Made by a program: the position numbers and the translations under genes. This document shows, one piece after another, positions 27,824 to 37,906 of a stretch of 64,000 bases of DNA. The stretch is from Limisphaerales bacterium. GTDB lineage: Bacteria; Verrucomicrobiota; Verrucomicrobiia; Limisphaerales; JAJOIW01. The stretch's first letter is position 1; every line of letters begins with the position of its first letter. The notes under the pieces were generated by a model, which was not told where the DNA came from, did no database searches, and worked only from the letters and a program-made list of their open reading frames with translations. Location of the stretch: NCBI GenBank assembly GCA_965657355.1, contig CBFHOE010000003.1, positions 245,520 through 309,519 of the forward strand, in the 5' to 3' direction.

Positions 27824-30800
27824 ATGAATAAACCTAAACACACAAAATTGAGTTGGATTTTGGGGCTTATTGTCGCTGTTGCGCCATTGGCATCCCAAGC
27901 TGCTCTTGATTTCCGAGTCTACGGAAGTGCCGCGTTGGGCGGTTTTGATATTGCTGGTGCTGCGGTCGCTGATTTGACTGCAGATAGCCAATATCCCGAT
28001 GAACCATCGGCTGTAGAATTGGTCACTGCGCTTCCTGGAGAACCAGGAATTAACCTGATCGAACTTACCACTGGTAATTTCGAATTTCGCCAAACTGTTA
28101 ATGGCTTCGCACAAGGTAACTCCGGATTGGATAACTACGGTGGAGCGATTTCAGGACTTCTATACGCTCCCGCCGATGGAAGTTATACATTCCACGTAAG
28201 ATCTGACGATGCTTCGCAGTTCTTCCTCAGCACTGACGCTGACGCGGACAACATGGTTCTCTTAGCTGAAGAGACTGGTTGTTGCGGAGGTTTCACTAAA
28301 GACGCCCCAGAAGGGTCTGAAGCTGTTGAGCTTGAAAAAGGTCAAGCTTACTACTTTGAATTCCTATTCAAAGAAGGTGGCGGAGGTGACTGGTTCCAAG
28401 TAGGTTGGGCACTTGATGGTGGCGAAATAGAAGTCATCCCTGCTGCTTATCTCCAAAGGGACATTAGTAGCCGCGTCTCGGATCTCATCGAAGAGCCATT
28501 AGACTTCTTCACCACTCCTAACGATTTCATGGATCTTGAGCCATTCGTAACTGAAAACATCGAAACCAGTATTGATTTTATTGTCGAATTCAACAAAGAC
28601 GGCGCAGCTGCCATCCAATGGCAGATGAACGACGGTGGCGGCTGGGACGACATTGAAGGTGCTGTCAGCCCGTTGCTTACTGTTGACATTTCCGTTGACA
28701 AAGACGGCAACCAATACCGCGCTAAGGTTGATGACGAAACTTCTATGGCCTACACACTTATTGTTGAACCAGATACAGAGGCTCCAACAGTTAGATTCGT
28801 CAGCCACAGAGGTAACCCAAATGCTTTCATTGCTGCATTCTCTGAGCCAGTAGATCCTGATTCTGCTCTCGATCTCTCAAATTATGAATTCGATGGAAAA
28901 CCACTTCCTGAAGGAACGACAATCAGTCTTAACGACGCGGGAACAGAGGTTATTGTTCTTGGCCCATTCAACATGGAAGAGGGTGACAGAAAATCTGTTT
29001 CTTTCTCAGGTATCGTTGACCGTGCGGCTACTCCAAACGAAATCGAAGGTTTTGACAAGACATTAGCTTACGTTGGTGGCGAAGGCATTACTTATGATTT
29101 TAATGACGGTATCCCTACCGATGGTGATGGAAATCCAATCATGGAGCTCTTCGGAAACGCGGAAGTTCGCGACTCTGGCGGTGTTGGTGATTCCGGATAT
29201 CTAAAAATCACTGATGGTGCTGGAAGCCAACTTGGTGCGGCCCTCATCACTCAGCGTATCGATGTTCAGCAAGTTATTTTCAGCTTTGATGCCCGTATCG
29301 GTGATACATCAGGTCGTCCAGCTGACGGTTGGTCATTCAACGTTGCTGATGACATGCCGACTGGCACATACCAGCAATCAGAAGAAGGATACCGCGGTGG
29401 AGAAAGTGATCCGCCACAAGGTTTGGTTGTCGCAGGTGACAACTGGTCATCTGGTGGTGCTGACTTAGGTGTCGGTATTGAAGTTAAGTATGCTGGCGAA
29501 TCTCGCGCATTCGTCGCTACTCCTGAAGTCACATCAGGTGGAGCGCCTACAGAAAGCCCTGAAGGTATACCTTCTATTCACCGAGGTGACAGATGGTTCC
29601 CAGTTTCAATCGCACTAGGTGAAGACGGAACAGCTACAGTCGTTTATGATGGTGTCACTATCATGGAAAATGAGCCAGTCGGTTGGGAAGGTGTTTCTGA
29701 CGCACAGATTGGTTTTGGTGCCCGAACTGGTGGTGCCTGGGAATCACACTGGTTTGATAACGTTAACATCAACCTTTCTGGAGGCCCTATTGGTCCTGTG
29801 ACTATGGAGCAGCAGCCAGAAGGTGTATCTGGAGCAGCAGAGCACTCACAGGTTACACTATCTGCTATAGCTGGTGGAGCTACATACGGCCGTTCTTTCC
29901 AATGGTATAAAGTTGGCGGTGGCGCCGGAGTTGCAGGAAACATTTCTAATGTATCCCTTGCTGACGGAAACATCGCAATAACCTACGTCGGTTCACTTGA
30001 ATCATCAGACAGTGTCAATGGTCCTTGGACCGCGGTTGCTAGCTCAGCCACCGAAGCCACTTACTCAGAGGCAGCATCTGGTAATGAAAAGTTCTTCCGC
30101 GTTCTTGACGCCGCTGGTGGCGGTGATGGCGAAGGCGTTATGCTTGAAGGTGAAACAAGCAGCAGCTTGAGTTTCACAGCAACACCAGCAGCAGCGGGTC
30201 AATACTATGTTGTTGCGTCCAACTGGTTCTCTGATGTCCAATCCGATACGGTCTCTGTGACAGTCGTTCCAGATACTGTTGCTCCAATGGTTGTTTCTGT
30301 ATCAGGTTCACCATTAAACAACTCAGCGACTGTGACTTTCTCTGAGCCAGTTTCTGAAGAAACTGCTGGAAATGCTGACAACTACAGCATCGAAGGTCTT
30401 GAAATCACAGGCGTTACTGTAAGCAACCCAACGACTGTTTCGGTTATGACTGCTGATCAGGCTGATGGAACTCCATACCAGTTATCTGTTAGCGGAGTCG
30501 CCGACTTAGCCCAAACTCCAAATGTCACAGATGGAACACCAAACGAATTTATCTCGTTTGAAGAAGGTTTTGGCGGTCTGACAGTCCTCTTTTATGACCA
30601 TGGAGGAACAAGTCTAGACTTCTATCCTGAAGAAGATCGTGGAAGAGGTTTATACCCAGATAACTTCAACCCATTTGGAACTGGACCAAACATCACTGAC
30701 TTGAGTAACCGTAATTCTTCAACTACACCTTATTTTGAAGCACCGGCTACTGGTGACATCAATGTTGTCCCTCCTTCAGGCGTGGCAAACGACTACGCTC

Positions 30801-32077
30801 TCGTGGTCTACGGATACATTGTTCCACCACAAACAGGTAACTACAGATTCGGTATTGGTGCTGATGATAATGCGGCACTCTACCTCTCATCTGATGATGA
30901 TCCAGAAAATGCAACACTCATCGCTAACGAAAATGAGTGGAACAGCAGACGTGAATACGACAAAGATATCAACAAATCTGAGCCTATCTTCCTTGAAGAA
31001 GGTGAAAGATATTATGTTGAGGCTTTGATGTCTGAAGGTGGCGGTGGTGACAACCTCGCCGTTGCTTGGGAATTCGCACCAGATGGTGAGGAGCCTGCTG
31101 ACATAGCCAACGGAACTCTTCCAATTGCTGGGGAATACCTAATCAGTAACTTGCCTGTATTCAGGTTCCCTGAACTCTTGGCTGCTAGCCCAGCTGATGG
31201 AGCAAATGGCTTCCAAGCTGACACTGGAACTGCAAGCTTCACTTTCCAAGACGGTAAGTTTAGCCCAATGGACACAGACAGCGTCGAAGTCAAACTCGGC
31301 GACGAGATGCTAGAATCTGAAGTAACAGCAGGTGGTAACATCACCATCACTGCAACGCTTCCAGAACTTCTCGACCTGAATACAAGCTACACAATCACTG
31401 TATCTTACGGTGTTGGCGGATCTGATGAACCTATGACTCACACATTCACCTTCCAGACTGAAGACATCCCAACATTGGCTAACAAAGCTGCTGATGTCGG
31501 AGCTGGTGGAAACTCAGGTATGCTCGTTAACGCTCGCCAAAGCACAGAAGGTCGCGGTAATAGCACTGAAGATGCCGAAGCTCAAATAGCTGGTGGTGGA
31601 GACCTATTCGAAGCGGATAATGTCGAAGTGATATACATCAACCATAACCAGGACGTCGGTGGAAATGCTGGACGTTTTGGAGATGACATTGGCATGTTCG
31701 ATGCAGGTCTCATGGATGAAATCAACACTGACAACATCTCATGGGAGGTCTTAACATATGTTGAATTCACAGAAGCTGGTATTGTCACTATGGCTGTCAA
31801 TTCTGACGATGGATTCCGTGTCACACACGGTGAGGAGCCTGCGCTAAACGATGATGATCAAGTTCTTGGTGTCTTCAGCGGTGGTCGCGGTGCATCGGAC
31901 ACAATCTTCCGTTTCGTAGTTCCTGAGCCAGGTATCTATCCAATGCGACTCCTTTGGTATGAAGGCGGCGGCGGAGCCAACGTCGAATGGTGGACATTGG
32001 ATGCTGACGGAGTTCGTCACTTGATCAATGGACCTGACGACAGTGCTGCATTCAAGGCATATCAAGACGTGAACTAA
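27824..32077 (+). CDS. Large acidic secreted/surface protein: 3x PA14, L-type lectin-like, Ig/Big_5-like domains
   Basis: Signal peptide; PA14 motifs RSDD...EGGGGDW, GADD...EGGGGDN, NSDDG...EGGGGAN; lectin PADGWSF...FGARTGG; FSEPV Big_5 motifs. Confidence 0.85.
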   Translation: MNKPKHTKLSWILGLIVAVAPLASQAALDFRVYGSAALGGFDIAGAAVADLTADSQYPDEPSAVELVTALPGEPGINLIELTTGNFEFRQTVNGFAQGNSGLDNYGGAISGLLYAPADGSYTFHVRSDDASQFFLSTDADADNMVLLAEETGCCGGFTKDAPEGSEAVELEKGQAYYFEFLFKEGGGGDWFQVGWALDGGEIEVIPAAYLQRDISSRVSDLIEEPLDFFTTPNDFMDLEPFVTENIETSIDFIVEFNKDGAAAIQWQMNDGGGWDDIEGAVSPLLTVDISVDKDGNQYRAKVDDETSMAYTLIVEPDTEAPTVRFVSHRGNPNAFIAAFSEPVDPDSALDLSNYEFDGKPLPEGTTISLNDAGTEVIVLGPFNMEEGDRKSVSFSGIVDRAATPNEIEGFDKTLAYVGGEGITYDFNDGIPTDGDGNPIMELFGNAEVRDSGGVGDSGYLKITDGAGSQLGAALITQRIDVQQVIFSFDARIGDTSGRPADGWSFNVADDMPTGTYQQSEEGYRGGESDPPQGLVVAGDNWSSGGADLGVGIEVKYAGESRAFVATPEVTSGGAPTESPEGIPSIHRGDRWFPVSIALGEDGTATVVYDGVTIMENEPVGWEGVSDAQIGFGARTGGAWESHWFDNVNINLSGGPIGPVTMEQQPEGVSGAAEHSQVTLSAIAGGATYGRSFQWYKVGGGAGVAGNISNVSLADGNIAITYVGSLESSDSVNGPWTAVASSATEATYSEAASGNEKFFRVLDAAGGGDGEGVMLEGETSSSLSFTATPAAAGQYYVVASNWFSDVQSDTVSVTVVPDTVAPMVVSVSGSPLNNSATVTFSEPVSEETAGNADNYSIEGLEITGVTVSNPTTVSVMTADQADGTPYQLSVSGVADLAQTPNVTDGTPNEFISFEEGFGGLTVLFYDHGGTSLDFYPEEDRGRGLYPDNFNPFGTGPNITDLSNRNSSTTPYFEAPATGDINVVPPSGVANDYALVVYGYIVPPQTGNYRFGIGADDNAALYLSSDDDPENATLIANENEWNSRREYDKDINKSEPIFLEEGERYYVEALMSEGGGGDNLAVAWEFAPDGEEPADIANGTLPIAGEYLISNLPVFRFPELLAASPADGANGFQADTGTASFTFQDGKFSPMDTDSVEVKLGDEMLESEVTAGGNITITATLPELLDLNTSYTITVSYGVGGSDEPMTHTFTFQTEDIPTLANKAADVGAGGNSGMLVNARQSTEGRGNSTEDAEAQIAGGGDLFEADNVEVIYINHNQDVGGNAGRFGDDIGMFDAGLMDEINTDNISWEVLTYVEFTEAGIVTMAVNSDDGFRVTHGEEPALNDDDQVLGVFSGGRGASDTIFRFVVPEPGIYPMRLLWYEGGGGANVEWWTLDADGVRHLINGPDDSAAFKAYQDVN

Positions 32078-32120
32078 TTAGTTAGTCGCAAAATAACTTA
32101 AAAATTTAAGTTAAATAACA

Positions 32121-32155
32121 AAGGGCCGGTCAGAAGTGATCGGCCCTTCTTTTTT
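32121..32155 (+). terminator. Rho-independent terminator
   Basis: AAGGGCCGGTCA-gaag-TGATCGGCCCTT followed by a T run. Confidence 0.9.
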
Positions 32156-32237
32156 ATAGAAGCTCAAGGCTTTAACTGGTGATTCATTGAGGTTAAAAGA
32201 GACTGGAGCTTTATCTATTCTGTGATAATTTAAGATT

Positions 32238-33308
32238 ATGATTCGAAAACTAGTGGGACAGTTGTCTTTGGTGTCGGTTTTTTGCCTGGGGTTAGTATCG
32301 TTTGGCTTTGTTCATGCTCAAAATGAAAAAACGGCTTCAGACGCGGGAGCCTTCGAAGCTGGTAGCAGTGGAGATCCAGCTATGAAAGATGGGCTGTATG
32401 CAAAATTGACGACTTCTAAAGGTGAGGTTTTGCTCAATTTGGAATTTAAGAAAGCTCCTTTAACCGTCATCAATTTCACTGGGTTGGCCGAGGGTAAAAT
32501 CAAGAATGACAAAAAGGACGGTAAGCCTTACTACGATGGACTCGTATTTCATAGGGTCATAAATGATTTCATGATCCAAGGAGGATGTCCGGAGGGTACG
32601 GGCCGAGGCGGGCCAGGATATAAATTTAGAGATGAGATTCACCCTGACCTTCGTCACACCGGGCCTGGTATATTAAGTATGGCCAATGCAGGTCCGAAAA
32701 CTAATGGAAGTCAGTTTTTTATCACCCATAAAGCAACGCCATGGCTTGATGGCAAACACTCCGTTTTTGGTCATGTCGTCTCTGGAATGGATATCGTCAA
32801 CAAGATAGAAAAAGGTGATAAGATTGAGAGTGTCAAAATTGTGAGAGTTGGGGAAGAAGCCATGTCTTTCAAAAATGATCAGGCAGCTTTTGATGAGCTG
32901 AAGGATCCTTCTATAAAAAACATGAAGGACGGTAAAGCTTTCATGGTTGAAAATCGTGAAAAAGAAGGAGTGATCGAAACACCGAGTGGTTTACAGATCA
33001 AGTTTATCAAGAAAGGTCAAGGAGAGTCTCCTACTGCAAAGAGTGTCGTGAAGGTCCACTACGAGGGGACGCTATTGAGTGGTAAAGTTTTTGATAGTTC
33101 TTATCGTCGTAATGCTCCTGCTACTTTTCCTCTGAATAGAGTGATTCCAGGTTGGACTGAGGGGCTTCAAATGATGAAGGTGGGCTCGACTGCTGAGCTG
33201 TGGATTCCCTCCAAGCTAGCGTATGGCAAAAATGATATTGGCAATGGCCTTATTCCTGGTGGTTCGACCCTCAAATTCAAAGTTGAGCTTTTGGAAATCG
33301 TTCAATAA
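32238..33308 (+). CDS. Peptidyl-prolyl isomerase, cyclophilin + FKBP fusion
   Basis: FHRVI..FMIQGG, LSMANAG..TNGSQFFITH..TPWLDGKH; VHYEG...FDSS...VIPGWTEG...LAYG; signal peptide. Confidence 0.95.
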   Translation: MIRKLVGQLSLVSVFCLGLVSFGFVHAQNEKTASDAGAFEAGSSGDPAMKDGLYAKLTTSKGEVLLNLEFKKAPLTVINFTGLAEGKIKNDKKDGKPYYDGLVFHRVINDFMIQGGCPEGTGRGGPGYKFRDEIHPDLRHTGPGILSMANAGPKTNGSQFFITHKATPWLDGKHSVFGHVVSGMDIVNKIEKGDKIESVKIVRVGEEAMSFKNDQAAFDELKDPSIKNMKDGKAFMVENREKEGVIETPSGLQIKFIKKGQGESPTAKSVVKVHYEGTLLSGKVFDSSYRRNAPATFPLNRVIPGWTEGLQMMKVGSTAELWIPSKLAYGKNDIGNGLIPGGSTLKFKVELLEIVQ

Positions 33309-33328
33309 ATTGATTGTTAATTTTAGAG

Positions 33329-33366
33329 AATTCCTGAACGTGCATTTGCAAGTTCGGGAATTTTTT
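33329..33366 (+). terminator. Probable Rho-independent terminator
   Basis: AATTCCTGAAC...GTTCGGGAATT stem plus T run after the PPIase gene. Confidence 0.7.
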
Positions 33367-33371
33367 GTCTA

Positions 33372-34172
33372 TTGCCATTTATGGAACAGGAAAAAATGAT
33401 GCGCCCGGATATTGATTTTTTGGTAAGTTCGATTGAAAGCTCATTTGAGATTGCTCAGGTAGGAATTGCTGTGCGTCCGAATGGGGAATATGAACTTAGG
33501 TCAAAAATTGATTTCGAAAAAAGCAAAGAGGATTTACAAAATCTTGAGTTATCTGATCTCAGGGATTGGATAAATACGACAGAATCAAACCAGTTCAGGC
33601 CTTTAAAATCTGCTCCAAATTTGAAACCAGGTTGGGTTTTCCTCGCAAAAGATCCCTTGGAATTAGCAGAGGCTCTCGAGATCATTTATCCCGGGTATGT
33701 CTCAGATTATTATAAATTTTCCACACAGGGGGATTCCGTAGCTCAAGATTACCCGGATTATACTTCTCGGCAAACTGGTATGTATCGAAGCACTTCAGCT
33801 CTAGATTCTGAAGACATTGCAGATATGGTACATGGATGTTGTGACGCGAAATTTTGCCTCAAGAGCAGGCAATGGCAGTGGGCGAATGGAGGTTTCAAAG
33901 ACGAGATGGGGAGCCCGAGCAACATTCCTTGCCTGGAGCCATGCGCTGTGCTGTTGGAGCTGGCAAGGATACAGGCAAAATCAAAACTTTCTGATCAAAT
34001 ATCCATTTCATTTTCGGATAGAGAGCTTGATGTTATCGAGGGTGCCCTGAAAGCTCACTCAGAAAAACTACCCAATGGTATGAGGGAAGGTGATGTCTTT
34101 AAAGTGAATCACCCAAAAAGAATTCAAATCATTATGGAAAAACTCAAGCGAATCAAAGCGAACAAAACATAG
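33372..34172 (+). CDS. DR2241-family putative [4Fe-4S] protein (stand-alone, no CbiX domain)
   Basis: FRPLKSAPNLKPGW, RQTGMY, GCC..FCLK and IPCLEPC motifs. Confidence 0.75.
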   Translation: MPFMEQEKMMRPDIDFLVSSIESSFEIAQVGIAVRPNGEYELRSKIDFEKSKEDLQNLELSDLRDWINTTESNQFRPLKSAPNLKPGWVFLAKDPLELAEALEIIYPGYVSDYYKFSTQGDSVAQDYPDYTSRQTGMYRSTSALDSEDIADMVHGCCDAKFCLKSRQWQWANGGFKDEMGSPSNIPCLEPCAVLLELARIQAKSKLSDQISISFSDRELDVIEGALKAHSEKLPNGMREGDVFKVNHPKRIQIIMEKLKRIKANKT

Positions 34173-34200
34173 CGCCACCTGAGGTATGATTGGAATATAA

Positions 34201-35694
34201 ATGAAAAATTTCAGTTACCAGAAAATCATATTTATTTTCGTCTGTCTTATTTTGGTAACAGGTTGTCGACCTGAAATTAAGGATATAACCGCTGTTGACG
34301 AGCCAAAAGCAGAAGCGGAGTCGGAAAAGAGTGCCGATGTGGACATCGGAGAATCTTTTGAAATACAAACATCTCAGGATCCTGTCCTAAGTGAAGCAAA
34401 TATCACATTTCAGGATGTTGAAAATGCCTATCAGACCATTATGGCTCTTGAGAAGGAGGTGCAAAACCTACCGGACAATGTAGAATCTGACAAAGTTCAA
34501 AAGCTTCAGGAAAATTACAGAGAAGTGCTTTGGGAGGCCTCCAAGGTTGCAAGAGTGTTTTGGCAATCTAATCCAGATGCTAGACAGAGAGAACAAGCTA
34601 AAGAATATGAGAAAAGATGGGTCACTGTTCTTGCTTCGTCCAATCATAAGTTAGCTGAAAAAAGGCTGTCTGAACTTGTTTTACAAAATTTATCAGACCC
34701 TACGATAGCCAGTGATGAAAAATACCAAATATATCTCCAAGCGGTGCAACAAGCCGCCTTGCGAGAAAGAGAAAATGGCATACTAGCCATGTCTAGAAAA
34801 CTAAACTCTGGAACCGATCAATTAATTAAAAAATTTCCTGCCCAGGCAAAATCCATTGGATTGTATTTTATGCCCTTAAAAGCATTTCATGTTTATAAGC
34901 AAACCAATGATTTCTTAAAAATATCAGCAAAGATTGAGAAAGAGATTGGGCGGTTGGAGTTGGATGAGAACACATTAGAAGATGCAGCGAGGACGCGTCT
35001 GGATTATGCAGCAGCGCTCTTTGAGTTGAGGATTCAGGACAAAGTTAGAGAAAATTTGAATTATGTTTTGGGTTTGGATATCTCTCAAGACATCAAAGAC
35101 GATGCACAAATTGCGATTCACACAGTAACCTCCGTCTTGAAAGCAGAGGGCGAGCAAGATGAGTTCATCGGGAAGTCCCTGGACTTCTCGTATTCGCTCA
35201 GAGACCCCAAGACAGGAAAACAATCCAATATTGACCTCCAATCATTGAGACACCAAGCAAACGTGTTATTCTTTCTATCTGAGGTTGATAGGCCGACCGT
35301 TCAGGTTTTAAAAGACCTTTTGGCAACTTTACAGACATTTCAACCTGACCCTATTGGCATCATTTACATTCCTCTTCGTCCTTTAAATGTTTCATCTATC
35401 CGAAGTGCTGAAGGGGCGGATAGTTCTGCCTCATTTTTGCCTGATGAACAATTTGTTAAGAAAATTGATGAGCTCAATAGATTCGAGCCGTGGTTCACTG
35501 TGGATATCAGCAAGGAGGAAAATATCGAACAACTCAAACGGATGCAGGTCAAAGTATATCCTCAGCTCTGGCTTTTGGACAAAGCCGGCAAGGTGAGTCA
35601 TGTGCGTGCCTCTCAAAAAATCCAGGTTTACCTCTTTAATCTGCTCCGACAGCAAAAAAATCCGATCGGTTCTGGTTCGATTTTCGAACAATAA
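34201..35694 (+). CDS. Lipoprotein with helical N-region and C-terminal thioredoxin/TlpA-like fold lacking CxxC
   Basis: Lipobox ILVTGC; IGKSLDFS...IDLQSLR...VLFF...VKVYPQLWLLDKAGKV. Confidence 0.65.
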   Translation: MKNFSYQKIIFIFVCLILVTGCRPEIKDITAVDEPKAEAESEKSADVDIGESFEIQTSQDPVLSEANITFQDVENAYQTIMALEKEVQNLPDNVESDKVQKLQENYREVLWEASKVARVFWQSNPDARQREQAKEYEKRWVTVLASSNHKLAEKRLSELVLQNLSDPTIASDEKYQIYLQAVQQAALRERENGILAMSRKLNSGTDQLIKKFPAQAKSIGLYFMPLKAFHVYKQTNDFLKISAKIEKEIGRLELDENTLEDAARTRLDYAAALFELRIQDKVRENLNYVLGLDISQDIKDDAQIAIHTVTSVLKAEGEQDEFIGKSLDFSYSLRDPKTGKQSNIDLQSLRHQANVLFFLSEVDRPTVQVLKDLLATLQTFQPDPIGIIYIPLRPLNVSSIRSAEGADSSASFLPDEQFVKKIDELNRFEPWFTVDISKEENIEQLKRMQVKVYPQLWLLDKAGKVSHVRASQKIQVYLFNLLRQQKNPIGSGSIFEQ

Positions 35695-35756
35695 CTAAGT
35701 GCTTGAGCCTGCTTATTAGCATTCCACGACTGTTGGGGGGTGTATAAAAATGACCC

Positions 35757-35778
35757 TAATGATTAAAAATTATCATTA
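35757..35778. promoter_or_regulatory. Palindrome upstream of the LysR gene (possible autoregulatory box)
   Basis: TAATGAT-N8-ATCATTA, contains T-N11-A. Confidence 0.45.
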
Positions 35779-35889
35779 AGAGTTCTATCTTCACCTTTTA
35801 AAAGATTTTGTTAACGGATTTCTGGTTACTAATCGATAATATTCATAGCTGGCCTATTAAATGCTTGTATCCAACTGGAGAGAGTAGTC

Positions 35890-36846
35890 ATGGAAATGGA
35901 TTTCGACCAAATATTAGATAGCAGGCAATTAAAAGCGTTCGTTTGCTTGGCAAAACAAGAAAATTTTACTTTAGCAGCAAAAGAGCTCAATCTTACGCAG
36001 TCAGCAGTGAGCCATTCAATCAAAGCGCTTGAGTCAGATCTAGGCTGTAAGCTCATTGATAGACTGGGGAAGAAAGCACTTTTGACACAATCTGGCGAGC
36101 AATTACTGATTTATTCGAGCAGAATACTCCGTGAGATGGCCAAGGCCCGTAGTTCTATCCAAAATTTAAATAACTGGGGTCAGACTCGCCTCAGATTAGC
36201 AGCCAGCTCATCTATTTGTGAATTTCTCATGCCGGCAGTTTTGAAGTCCATCAAATCAGAATTTCCTAATAGCAGAATAGTCCTTCATTCTAAAGACTCG
36301 GCCGAGGCGATAGAATTTTTAAGGGCAGGAAAGGTAGATATCGCTATTGCATTGCAGCCGAAGGGTGGATCTCAATTAGAGTTCAGAACATGGTTTGAGG
36401 ACCATCTTTGTTTTCTAGTTTCCAAAGATCATGAATGGGCTAAAAATCAAAAAGTCGACACCGAGGGTATATCGCAACAGCAATTTATTCTTTATGATCG
36501 TGCAAGCCATACTTTTAACATGATTGCAGACTACTTTAAAAGTCAAGGCAGTGAGTTGGAGAATGTGACCGAACTCGGAAGTATGCTTGCGACCAAAGAG
36601 ATGGTGAAACTCAACTTGGGGGTCGGTATTGTAGCCCCATGGATAGCAACAGAAGAAATTAAATCAGGTGAATTATTTTGCCTGCCCATTTCAAAAGAGC
36701 AGCTAGTTCGTTCTTGGGGGTTTATAACAAGGAGTGGGAAGCGGCTATCTCTTATCGAAGAGAAGCTTGTTAGCAGCAAGGTATTAGCAGCAGCAGGTGA
36801 TTATAATTTCGGATCCAATGAGAAAGCTATTTCCCTGGCTTCGTAA
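35890..36846 (+). CDS. LysR-family transcriptional regulator
   Basis: QLKAF...NFTLAAKELNLTQSAVSHSIKALE..LG..LIDR; substrate-binding domain. Confidence 0.95.
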   Translation: MEMDFDQILDSRQLKAFVCLAKQENFTLAAKELNLTQSAVSHSIKALESDLGCKLIDRLGKKALLTQSGEQLLIYSSRILREMAKARSSIQNLNNWGQTRLRLAASSSICEFLMPAVLKSIKSEFPNSRIVLHSKDSAEAIEFLRAGKVDIAIALQPKGGSQLEFRTWFEDHLCFLVSKDHEWAKNQKVDTEGISQQQFILYDRASHTFNMIADYFKSQGSELENVTELGSMLATKEMVKLNLGVGIVAPWIATEEIKSGELFCLPISKEQLVRSWGFITRSGKRLSLIEEKLVSSKVLAAAGDYNFGSNEKAISLAS

Positions 36847-37741
36847 AAAATCTTCTTTGTTTTTCTGAGATCGAAAAATCCAACTTTTCCATAACCAGAA
36901 GCATATCTTCCCACACTTTCCTTTTTTCAGCTATTGATTGTGCCGGGTCGGATTCTTTATGGAGTAAATAGGATGGGTGATATGTAGGCATTATAGGAAT
37001 ACCTTCAATATTTTTCCATTTTCCTCTGGTGCGTGTGATACTTTCGTTGGGTTTATCAAACAGTCCCTGTAAAGCAGTCGCTCCTAATGCCACAATAACT
37101 TTGGGGCGAACAATATTAATTTGTTTGAATAAATAGGGTTTGCACCTATTCATTTCATCGAGTTCAGGCTTTCTGTTGCCAAATGATTTTCCCGGGGTGT
37201 TGGGTCGGCATTTCAGAATATTTGCAATATAGACTTCTTCCCTTTTCAATCCCATTGCTTGAATGATTTTAGTGAGTAGTTGGCCTGCTTTGCCGACGAA
37301 TGGTTGCCCCTGTCTATCTTCGTCTAATCCAGGAGCTTCACCTATAAACATCAAGTCAGCATTTAAATTTCCAACGCCAAAAACGGTTTGTGTTCTAGAT
37401 TTGACCAAGTGAGCGCACTTCTGGCACTGGCTTACTTCATCTTTCAAGGACTCAATGGCAGCTGTTTTATTTCCGACGGGTTGTTTGTCGAATATGGGGT
37501 TGATATTATTTTTTTCGACATTCGCAGGACCGCTAGGTTTCGGACTCTTTTTAAATGGTTTTTGTTTAACTACTGGCTTGTGGGTGGGGGTGGGTTCCGA
37601 AAGACCTCTACTCGATAATTTTGCTAGTGCCTCCAGGCTGGCGGGTTCCAACCGTAAGAATGTCCTATTCTTCGATTTTTCTTCTCTGAGATAGCTCAGA
37701 GTTGCACGTAGTAAAAGTTGGAAACCATCAGCCATAAACAA
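36827..37741 (-). CDS. Uracil-DNA glycosylase family 4 ([4Fe-4S])
   Basis: CQKC, FIGEAPG, PFVGKAG, NILKCRP, TYHPSY; start probably ATG 37735. Confidence 0.95.
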   Translation of the reverse strand: MFMADGFQLLLRATLSYLREEKSKNRTFLRLEPASLEALAKLSSRGLSEPTPTHKPVVKQKPFKKSPKPSGPANVEKNNINPIFDKQPVGNKTAAIESLKDEVSQCQKCAHLVKSRTQTVFGVGNLNADLMFIGEAPGLDEDRQGQPFVGKAGQLLTKIIQAMGLKREEVYIANILKCRPNTPGKSFGNRKPELDEMNRCKPYLFKQINIVRPKVIVALGATALQGLFDKPNESITRTRGKWKNIEGIPIMPTYHPSYLLHKESDPAQSIAEKRKVWEDMLLVMEKLDFSISEKQRRFFTKPGK

Positions 37742-37788
37742 ATTTATAATACGCCACCATGGCCGTTAAAAAAACTCAAATTCTAGAC

Positions 37789-37817
37789 TTGTCAAAATCG
37801 TAAATATTACCCATGAT
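37789..37817 (+). promoter_or_regulatory. Putative sigma70 promoter of the tRNA
   Basis: TTGTCA, 17 nt spacer, CATGAT, 13 nt before the tRNA 5' end. Confidence 0.5.
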
Positions 37818-37830
37818 TTTAAATCCACAA

Positions 37831-37906
37831 GCGAGTGTAGCTCAGTTGGTAGAGCATCACCTTGCCAAGGTGACTGTCGTGAGTTCGAATCTCATCACTC
37901 GCTCCA
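37831..37906 (+). tRNA. tRNA-Gly (anticodon GCC)
   Basis: GCGAGTG acceptor stem/CACTCGC-TCCA; D-arm AGCTCAGTTGGTAGAGC; anticodon arm TCACC-TTGCCAA-GGTGA; TTCGAAT T-loop; encoded CCA. Confidence 0.98.

Noticed and set aside
32238..33308. Cyclophilin-FKBP fusion as a novelty
   Set aside because: Dual-family immunophilins are already known in bacteria
36827..36846. 20-bp convergent overlap of the LysR and UDG genes
   Set aside because: Common in compact genomes; no further signal
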